Source of the DNA: Mayamaea pseudoterrestris
Taxonomy: Eukaryota
Assembly (NCBI GenBank): GCA_027923505.1
Contig: BROI01000027.1
Span: 310,001 to 374,000, forward strand
Direction: 5' to 3'
DNA: 64,000 bases
The translations under genes were made by a program, and so were the position numbers. Numbering within the stretch: position 1 is the first letter of the stretch; every line of letters starts with the position of its first letter. Positions 55,631 to 64,000 of the stretch are shown here, one piece after another. Under the pieces are notes generated by a model. That model saw nothing but the letters and a program-made list of their open reading frames with translations, had not been told where the DNA came from and made no database searches.

Positions 55631-56809
55631 CTAAAACACATATTTTGACCAACCGTAAACCAAATTGAAAAAGTAGGCAAACAGTAGCACGCCAAAAAAA
55701 GGCACCACGCATTCCAGCACCTGCTCCCATTTTGCATGCTCAGCTGCAAAGAAGCCTCTTGGAGCTTCCGGCAGAAGTGGCCCTGCAGCTGCAGCCGCTG
55801 CCGGTGACGCATACGGATGAATGACTCGCAGCACTGGCGCGTTTGGCGTCTTGTAACCAGTTCGAGGCAGCTGAAGTGTTACTTTGATGACATGCAAGGT
55901 AGTTTTGCCCTTCTTAGTTGGCAGCACAATGATCTCAGTAGAATTTTCTGAAAGCTGCTCGACCTGGTGCCCAAGGCAGATGTAGTCGCCATCCCCGACA
56001 AAGACAGGCTCCTTGTCGGTGGCACGAACTTGCTGTACAGCTTGACGAAACGCAGCTGTCTCAGCTGATCCCATACCACAAGGCCCAAAGAATTCTGCAG
56101 CAACAATTTGCGCGTCGTAGAACTCATCAGGTACACGCTGCAGAACAAGCAATGAACGCCGATCATTGGAAAGCTTGACCGTGACGTATTCGGGTAGCAT
56201 GCCAGAGTGTGCAAGGACTCGGACTTGCAATTCAGAATCTCCAACTTCATTGATGTAGGGACCACAAACAAGATTGTGAAATGTACCATTCACACCAGAC
56301 AGCTGGTTGCGAGAAGGCTTGTGAGGCGACGGCATGTTGATGACACTGACTTGGCCGATGCTGTCGAGTTCCTTGCTGTCAATTTCTTCAAACTGAGTCA
56401 ATTCTTCCGACTCGTCACTCTTGTAGATCCAGCTGTCGTCTTCTGACTCGTCTGTGGGAAAAGAACAGGCGTCAGAGCAAGAAATAATGACATTCTGGTG
56501 TTTCCAATGCGACGCACTTGACACCGACTCACCTGGAGCAGTTGGCTGGATGTGTCGTGGCGGCAGAACTGGAGGCGGCAGAAGCAGACGAGCTCCTTGA
56601 GCTTTTTTGTTCTTTAAATACGCGTCAGCTGTGCAACGATAATTGTTGAGCCAGTTGCGATTGCTCACGTGACCGAAAAGCTGAAGGTTGAGTTCACGGA
56701 TCTTGTGGACGTAATTGGCGTCGTTGGCCTTGAGTGGATCTGCTTCCTTTTGGTCAAACAATTCGCAGAGCTTTGCTCCTTCTACTTTTTGACGCCAGCG
56801 GTTACCCAT
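55631..56809 (-). CDS. Transposon B accessory protein (81-bp in-frame intron 56452-56532; about 365 aa)
   Basis: Aligned with the element A paralog (NWLNNYR, CGP, LSNDRRSLLVLQRVP, LQLPRTGYKTP); same intron position; TM tail VVPFFGVLLFAYFFNLVYGW. Confidence 0.85.
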   Translation of the reverse strand: MGNRWRQKVEGAKLCELFDQKEADPLKANDANYVHKIRELNLQLFGHVSNRNWLNNYRCTADAYLKNKKAQGARLLLPPPVLPPRHIQPTAPGESVSSASHWKHQNVIISCSDACSFPTDESEDDSWIYKSDESEELTQFEEIDSKELDSIGQVSVINMPSPHKPSRNQLSGVNGTFHNLVCGPYINEVGDSELQVRVLAHSGMLPEYVTVKLSNDRRSLLVLQRVPDEFYDAQIVAAEFFGPCGMGSAETAAFRQAVQQVRATDKEPVFVGDGDYICLGHQVEQLSENSTEIIVLPTKKGKTTLHVIKVTLQLPRTGYKTPNAPVLRVIHPYASPAAAAAAGPLLPEAPRGFFAAEHAKWEQVLECVVPFFGVLLFAYFFNLVYGWSKYVF

Positions 56810-56944
56810 TGGGATTATAATGCTTTGTTGTTGAATGTGCCGACATCATGCTGCGATCGTGAGTGGCTGTCGTGTTTGCATGGTTGGTGTCGACTGTCGT
56901 TTCACGTCGCGAAACTGACAAATCGGCGATGGACAAGTTCCACG

Positions 56945-57313
56945 TGTCAATGATGACGTTTTATGACGCATATGAGACATATGTCCAAAGGAGTGACATA
57001 TTCGACATATGCCCACAGGTGCGACATATGTCGCATATGTCGCATAAGTCGACTACTTTGAAGGACTCTTACGGGACCATTTCAAGAGCTACAACCAAAC
57101 TAATACGCGGAATAATTGCCTCTAGTATAGCTCTATTAGATTCAATGCTGCCGGTAGCAAACAGAGGTCTGTAGGGTACAGGAGACTTGATTGAAACTTG
57201 ATGGTTTCCTTGTGCCAACAAGTGCGACATATGTGACATCTGCGGGCATATGTCGCATATGTCACTCATGCGGACATAAGTCACATATGTCCCATATGAC
57301 GCCATCATTGACA
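56945..57313. promoter_or_regulatory. ~92-bp inverted repeats flanking a ~185-bp core between the divergent genes of element B
   Basis: 56945-57035 is the imperfect reverse complement of 57222-57313; the arms are arrays of GACATATG. Confidence 0.8.
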
Positions 57314-57499
57314 TAAGTTGAAATATATACATATGCCTTAAATGTCAATTTGAGAACGCCAGCGTTACTGTTGCACTGGTCGCCAGTCGACGCGCATCAA
57401 GTGCTCGCACCAGTCGCATTAAAGCCACCATCGTCGCCCAACCACACCTGCAGTCCACCAACGTATACAAGCGTGCTGCTGCACATTTACTAGCTTATA

Positions 57500-58454
57500 A
57501 TGGCAATGAGAGTCCCACCAGAACATTTTGCTGACCTTGGTAATGAAATCATGGCGCGTCGTGGTCGTGGTGTCAGCAGCCGAACTGATCGGCGATTCCG
57601 CGCGACATTTGGAACCACGCCTGCTCTTTGCAGCACCCTTTGGATGAGACTAGACCCTTCAAGAACCATGCACCAAAAAGCTGAACCAAAGCATTTACTT
57701 TGGAGTCTTATGCTCTTGAAGCTTTATCTTTGTGAGCATGCACTTGCCGCGCTAGTCGGTGGAGTTGATGAAAAGACTGTTGCAAAATGGAGCTGGCTTT
57801 TCATCGACAAGATTTCAAGTCTTGAAAATCAAATTGTACGTAATCATAGTCCTTACAGTGTATCTCATGGCTGCAAAGTCTCATTTGTGTTCTTTCTTGA
57901 ATTTCAAACAGATTCGCTGGGAGAATCGTTTTGACGATGACATCGGGAACGATTGCTTAGTGTCAGTCGATGGCACCGACTTTCGTATTCAACAATTTCG
58001 TCCATTTTGGAAAGGATGGTACTCCCATAAATTCCATGGGCCAGGCGTCCGTTGGGAAGTTGCTCTATGTATCCGAACAGGTCATATTGTCTGGATTATA
58101 GGACCATTTCCTTGCGGTGAATGGCCTGACATCAAAATATTTCGTCATGCTTTGAAGAATATGCTGCAACAAGGTGAGCGGGTGGAGGCAGATGATGGGT
58201 ATGCGGGTGAATGCCCACAGTTTGTTGTGGCTCCAGCGCGCTTTGCTGAGGGTGCTGCACGAGTTGCAGCAACAACACAAGTACGGGCTCGGCATGAGAC
58301 AGTCAACAAGCGCTTCAAACAATGGGGTTGTCTGAAGCAAGTCTTTCGCCATGAACTTTCAAAGCAGTCACTTGTATTCCGTGCTGTTGCTGTAATAACT
58401 CAGCTTGCAATTGAGAATGGCGAGCCACTGTTTGCGGTGGCATATGATGTTTAG
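57500..58454 (+). CDS. DDE_Tnp_4 (PIF/Harbinger-like) transposase, exons 57500-57835 and 57912-58454, about 292 aa
   Basis: N-terminal HTH-like region (FRATFG...HLLWSLMLLKLY...VDEKTVAKW); catalytic CLVSVDGTD, EADDGY, RARHETVNKRFKQW; phase-0 GT-AG intron. Confidence 0.92.
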
Positions 58455-60040
58455 CTACATAGTTTATTTTTGCATAGTCGCAAATTTAAAACCTCAATTT
58501 ACAGCTCTTTACGTAATTATTGTACAATCTGCGGCCAGTGACGGGTGCTGTTGGAGTAATTGGTGCCATGTACCGGGGGTAGTTAGTAGCAATATACTGC
58601 CTGTGCCAAGTAGCAATAATAGGACATTTACTTGAACCATTTACACGCATTGCTATCTAAAACGATTCACAGGTTTTTACTTGACACTTATGCTACATTT
58701 GCTCCTAATGTGCCAAAATCTGGCATCCCCGACTGACCGACGCTTCCGCTCAACATTTGGCACCACGCCAGCAATTTGCAGCATTCTTTGGGACAAACTA
58801 GATCCTGAAAGGTTTATTCACAAGAGAGCTGAACCAAAACATTTGTTATGGGGCTTGATGCTCATGAAACTCTACCTCCCTGAGCGTGCAATAGTTTCCT
58901 TGGCTGGTGGAGTTGACGAGAAGACCTTTTCAAAGTGGAGCTGGCTTTTCATTGATCAAATCTCATTCTTGGAGACACAAGTGGTAAGTTTGGCTGGTGA
59001 AGCTCCAAGTTGCTACTTGTTTCTTTCATTTCTCATGCTGTTATCGCCATGCTGCTCCACAGATTCGTTGGGAAAACCGCCTTCAAAATGACATTGGAAA
59101 TGATTGTCTGGTTTCAGTGGATGGCACTGACTTCCGCATTCAACAGTTTCAACCATTTTGGAAAGGGTGGTACTCCCATAAATTCAATGGGCCAGGTCTG
59201 CGCTGGGAAGTTGCACTCTGCATTCGTACAGGTCATATTGTGTGGATTTCTGGTCCTTTTCCTTGCGGTGAATGGCCCGACATCAAGATTTTTCGCCAAG
59301 CTTTGAAGGGAATGCTGGGCCAAGGTGAACGTGTGGAGGCAGATGATGGATATGCTGGAGAATGTCCTCGGTTTGTGGTGGCACCAATTCGGTTTGCTGA
59401 AAGTGCTGCGCGTGTTGCCCTGACCAAGCGGGTGCGGGCGAGGCATGAAACCGTGAACAAGCGTTTTAAGCAATGGGGCTGCTTGAAGCAAGTCTTTCGG
59501 CATGCACCATCAAAGCAATCTTCAATGTTCCGCTCTGTTGCCGTAGTCACTCAGCTTGCAATTGAGAATGGTGAGCCCTTGTTTAATGTTAACTACAACT
59601 ATATGTAGTGCTGCAAGCTTTGCAAATGGTGAGTGAATGGATGGGAAATAATGTACTCCAGACCATGTAATGGATTTATTTATTAAGCATGACACTGTTG
59701 TAGTATATAACGTGTCCAAGGTACATACGACTGCCATAAAAATTTATTTACGTGGAGGCTGTCACATATGTGTTTGCCGCACACATACAAAATGACCCAT
59801 CCAAGTGGTTACAGTTGCTAAATGCCATGTGTGGACAGGAGTCACATAAGAGCCATCTGCTACAAGTGTTGCCATTTCCAGCAACCCCATGGTCGAGGAC
59901 ATTCAACTGCTGCTGGAATTGATTGAGGATTGTCCAAGCGTCGTTAGCATTCAGCCAGACGTTGCGAATTGCTGGTACGTTGAAAAATGTGAAACGAGCT
60001 TGCATTTGCGATGACTCAAGTCGGCTTGACTCGACTCGAC

Positions 60041-63000
60041 TGTGTGCATAACGCTCAATCTCATCACTTTTCTCTCGTTACTCTCACGCACGCACAGGTA
60101 CATTGTGCTGGATATGTTTTGTTGCGAGGAGCTCATGACAGTCATGATGAGACTGCGGCAGTGCACCCTGGCCGGTCAGTGCGTGCAGGCAAGGTTGAAA
60201 GCGTCGGCGCCAACGGTTTTGGATCCAGCTGCACTCCCAATGGTTGCCAGCATGCCAATGTTGCAAATGGAAATGATGCCAATGATGCCATCAACGACGC
60301 TGCAGCAGCGATGAAGGAAGAGAAACAAGAAGAAGCATCAGCAAAAGAAGCGAAACAACAATCAGAATAGCAGCAGCAGCAGCAAAGCATCTCATGTCAA
60401 AACCAATAGCAAACCATTTGTGGCGAAACCTCCATCACTGGGCGAGGAAAACTTTCCAACCATGCCGCACGAAAACAAGGTCGAGTGGGAAGTCACGCCA
60501 CCTGTGCAGCAAACGCTGGAGATTGGCTATAGCAGCAGTGGTAGCGCTTCCTCCAAGTGCAAGGGATCAGATGCCGCCTCCACCGCAACCACGGTTTCAT
60601 CTAGTGTGGACTTATCGTGCCGCAAGTTGCAGCTGCATGGGTATGCGGCGGCGCTCCTCAAGCCGCGGCCGGTTTCGAGTAGTAACGGTAGCAGCAGTAA
60701 TGCTAGCAAGTCAGTTGGCGAGACGACTGGATTGGCGCAAGGCAAACAGTTGCCAAGCGAGGCAATGCTGACAGCTTCCACTTCCAAGCATTTTAGTATC
60801 TTGCCGGCAAAGAAAATATTTATCAAAATGCCCGAGTTGTCCATGCCGTCGCAGCCAATCCTCATTGAGCCACCAGTCTGAGGCCAAGGGCGCTCCTTTG
60901 CTGATGTCATGCGTTCCTGCTAGCAAGTGAGCCATGATGACTCGTGCCAACATTATTGTCCAACTCTACATGATAAAATACATGCGCGCACCCACGAACA
61001 AAATACTAAAAGAGTCGATATGAATATAAAACAGCAAGGTAAATTATTATGTAGACCACTCAGGTTCATTATGTATTTATGGATGTTTGCATGCATGTAC
61101 CCGCTGGTACACGCGCGAGTCAAAAAAGTTGAATGCAGGCCCCTTGCTCGCTCATCCCTTGGCCTGCTTGGCGGAGCCCTACATGCGAAACGCCAAAACA
61201 AGGATTGCAAACATCGCAATGAAAAAAGCGATTGCGACTGGCTCTGACATTTGAATGACAATGACTAATCCCATGGCTTGCTGCTGAGCCGGCGGTGGTG
61301 CCTGCTGCTGCAAAACCTGCGGCAAAGGCGCCTGCAAAACCTGCGGCAGAGGCTGCTGCAAAACCTGCTGCGGCAGATTATGCGGATGCGGCAGAGGCGG
61401 CTGCTGCTGCAAAACCTGTGGAGCCGGCGGTGGCAAGAGAATGTGCCAAATTGGGGGATTATACGGAAGCATGATTGTTTCTCGTTTCTGCCTTGCTTGC
61501 TTGCTTGCTTGCTGGCTTGCTTGCTTGCTTCCTTGTTTGCAATTTACAATATGTAAATGCACTGCTGCTGTTGAATCTGCAGCTATCGAAGTCTCTTGAC
61601 TTGAGAATGAAGCCAAATGGAGGAGGCTTGGTCTCACGTCTCACAGCTCACGTCGGTCATTGTCACGGCCAATGCGCACGCGAGCACGTTCCATCCAGGT
61701 GGCTTATATAATTAGGACGCAAGGCTTATCTAATCATGACGCCATTCATGGATGCAGCTGAGCCATTAAAGCCTTCCATCCAAGTGGCATATATATTTGT
61801 GACTCTTTGTCATTGCTGCATACTGGAGTAGCAGCTTGCGACGGGCCATCAAAGTGTTCCATCCAGGAGGCATATGTATTTATGACTCGTTGTCATTGCT
61901 GCATAGCAGCTTGCGATGACAACTAAAGTGTTCTATCCAGTAGGCTTATGTATGCCGTCAACATGTGTGAGAATTTAAACATAAGGCTTATGTATTTATG
62001 ATGCAATTTCATATTCCAGCCACGCAAGCAAAGCCAAGCAATGACAAAGATCAAAACCACTGTGACACTGCCGCGGCTTTGCTGACCTTGTCATTCTCGC
62101 TCAAACAAATCCATCACCTTCATTGCCACCCCCATTCTTAACATCAACCATGAATATGGATCACAATCCTCCTTTTGATGCAGCTCCTGCAGTTGCAGTT
62201 TCTTTTTTTGATAATGAAGTAGATGAGATGGAGGTGGAGCTTGTCGCCTTGCGACAGGATGTCGTCGTCCAGTGACAGCAGCTCATTGTTCTGCAACAGC
62301 AGCTCAACAACATGTCGAGGGAGCTCAGTAACACACTGGTGGAGTGCAACATGTGGAAGCAGCAATGCAGCAAGCAACAGTGCGCCTTGGATCACTTGGA
62401 CTGTGTCGCTCCCTCTAGCCTGGTGCAAGGAAATTGGCAGACTAATCAACATAGTCAATGGCGCCGCCAGGCGAACAATTCCTTGTCGCGTGGAATGTAC
62501 CTGGATGATGCAAATGACCTCTCTGCTGTGCACCAGTTGGATGAGGAGGAGGCTGGTGACAATGACAGTGAACTGAACGATGAGCTCGACAATGAGCTCG
62601 ACAATGAGCTCCATGACAATGTAGAGGAGGAGGATGGCACTGCCAATTATGTCTCTTTTGACAGTGAGGAGGAGATGGATGAGCAAGGTGAATTGACGGA
62701 TGACCAAGAGGCGGATGGCGAAGAGACAGATGGCAAAGAGGCGGATGGCGAAGAGGTGGACGGCGAAGAGGCGGACGGCGAAGAGGCGGACGGCAAGGAG
62801 GCGGACAGCAAAGAGGCGGACGGTGAAGAGGCGGACAGCAAAGAGGCGGACGGCGAAGAGGCAGACGGCGAAGAGGCGGACAGCAAAGAGGCGGATGGCG
62901 AAGAGGCGGACAGTGAAGAGGCGGACAGCAAAGAGTTGGATGGCACAGAGGCGGATGGCGAAGAGGCAGACGGCGAAGAGTCGGATGGCGCAGAGGCGGA

Positions 63001-63357
63001 TAAAGAGTCGGACGAAGAGTCGGACGGAAAATTGGATGAAGAGTCAGACGAAAAATTGGATGAAGAGTCGGATGGCAAAGTGTTAGACGAAGAGACGGAT
63101 GTTGAAGAGATGGATGAAGAGGCAGCTGGCGTGGAGCTGCATGGTGAGGAGCTGCATGGCGAAGAGGCGGACGGCGAAGAGGCAGACGGCAAAGAGGCGG
63201 ACGGCGAAGAGTCGGACGGCGATGAGTCGGACGGCGAAGAGTCGGACGGTGAAGAGTCGGATGGCAAAGAGTCAGATGGCACAGAGTCGGATGGCGAAGT
63301 GTCAGACAAAGAGTCGGACGAAGAGTCGGACGAAGAGTCGGAGGGCAAGGAGCTGCA
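60041..63357. repeat. Right arm of the inverted duplication of 45287-48431
   Basis: Reverse-complement homology with indels; lacks the HA domain; has a longer acidic repeat. Confidence 0.9.
61179..61472 (-). pseudogene. Deleted paralog of the HA-domain gene (only the Gln/Pro repeats and hydrophobic tail remain)
   Basis: MLPYNPPIW...PQQVLQ repeats...VAIAFFIAMFAILVLAFRM matches 46930 and 47380-47628. Confidence 0.5.
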
Positions 63358-63487
63358 TGGTGATAACGAGAATGCAGTTGGAATGGGTAGCATGGCTGCC
63401 AAGACAGAAGCCAATGGGTCTCTTTTGAATCAACACAAGCTCAAGGAGGCAACAAACTGTGGCAGCAGCAAAGGCAGCAACTGTTAG
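62150..63487 (+). pseudogene. Paralog of the acidic-repeat protein with a premature TGA
   Basis: Same MNMDHNPPFDAAPAV start; CGA in the left copy corresponds to TGA at 62273-62275. Confidence 0.7.
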
Positions 63488-64000
63488 AGCAACAGGTTTG
63501 ACAGTTGATATGGTGGCCAAGTAATTATATATTCATGCATGCAAAGCACTGGCACATCTGCAGCCAATGATGATAGTAATATTTCACTCATAAAAAGATA
63601 GTCATTGTCAACACAAAGCTGCTAATGTCTCCTTAGTTTGTAGTGGCCCACCATGCTGCTAAATTGGTATCAGTTTCAATTGGAATATTGCCTTCCTCAC
63701 TTCATGGACCAATAGTGCAGATGTATCCGGTGGAAAGGACTGCCCGGAGTATGTCGTCCATCTTATCCATGAGCACCACTGTTTGATGATCTGAACGTGG
63801 CCGCGTGTGCAGTCCTGACTGGGGAGGAACACGTGTCACTCGTGCAAAGATAGGACAAGAGTCACCAGATTCGTTTTGTATGTGATGGATATGGCATAGT
63901 TACGACCATGGTGTTCAACATTGTGCAAGTTAGTATTTGGAATGTAAATGGTGCGACTAGCCTTGCCTTGCTCGGTTAACTTCCATTGGTGTCCAGTCAA

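Larger units (their letters stand above)
55517..58730. mobile_element. PIF/Harbinger-like DNA transposon B, apparently intact (3214 bp)
   Basis: TIRs GGGGATGCC(G/A)GA; 3-bp TSD GAC (55514-55516, 58731-58733); intact accessory gene and transposase. Confidence 0.92.
55443..59608 (+). pseudogene. Transposase of element A, split by element B (55443-55516, 58734-58983, intron, 59063-59608)
   Basis: MRVPSEHFVDIGNEIMSRHGVTGQ joins TDRRFRSTFG in frame once element B and one GAC are removed; DDE motifs VDGTD, EADDGY, RHETVN are intact. Confidence 0.9.
53326..59888. mobile_element. PIF/Harbinger-like (PHIS, DDE_Tnp_4) DNA transposon A, hosting nested element B
   Basis: TIRs GGGGTTGC(C/T)GGAAA; 3-bp TSD ATG (53323-53325, 59889-59891); accessory gene and split transposase inside. 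Confidence 0.9.
53158..60881 (+). pseudogene. LARP4-like RRM gene fragment interrupted by PIF-like element A (parts 53158-53325, 59892-59974, 60098-60881)
   Basis: Removing the element and the intron 59975-60097 gives NTLILHDVDPSVMVEDIQLLLELIEDCPSVVSIQPDVANCWYIVLD...VQARLKA, resembling the LARP4 RRM; later PPSLGEENFP and GYAAALLK; one in-frame TGA at 60312. No La motif upstream. Confidence 0.65.

Noticed and set aside
56945..57313. GACATATG arrays as CRISPR-like repeats
   Set aside because: Short motifs arranged as inverted arms with no repeat-spacer periodicity and no cas genes.
57500..59608. Tandem duplication of transposase genes
   Set aside because: Explained by nested insertion; the second copy's N-terminus is at 55443-55516.
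45287..63357. Inverted arms as giant TIRs of one transposon
   Set aside because: The arms are diverged with large indels, no TSD or sharp outer ends were seen, and the right arm's gene continues inward.
63600..64000. Possible minus-strand coding fragment at the window end
   Set aside because: Interrupted by stops and unidentifiable without the adjacent sequence.

Overview
Eukaryotic nuclear DNA, most likely from a pennate diatom. Evidence: bipartite ASAFAP-type plastid presequences, short GT-AG introns, a silaffin-like secreted protein and CoDi-type Ty1/copia elements. The first ~30.5 kb is gene-dense: an equilibrative nucleoside transporter, an orphan copia Gag, a thylakoid-lumen-type protein, a small secreted Cys protein, two giant poly-IQ proteins with a C-terminal TM helix, a sulfotransferase, a 3-exon mucin/silaffin-like protein and a plastid GluTR-binding/HugZ-like protein. 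From ~31 kb onward the sequence is a nest of mobile DNA and pseudogenes. It contains: (i) a 677-bp TRIM with identical LTRs that each carry a tRNA-like Pol III B-box hairpin; (ii) a CENP-B-HTH/2OG-oxygenase-like fusion gene; (iii) an intact young Ty1/copia element with non-canonical AGT...ACT ends and a signal-peptide/TM insert inside Gag-Pol; (iv) a ~3.2-kb inverted duplication; (v) an AT-rich island with degenerate satellite. Most notably, it holds two related PIF/Harbinger-like DNA transposons, one inserted inside the other's transposase. Each has a DDE transposase, a divergent accessory gene (putative HSP20/alpha-crystallin-like domain plus C-terminal TM helix) and an internal inverted-repeat-flanked core that lies in opposite orientations in the two elements. 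All calls are by eye; no database searches were run.
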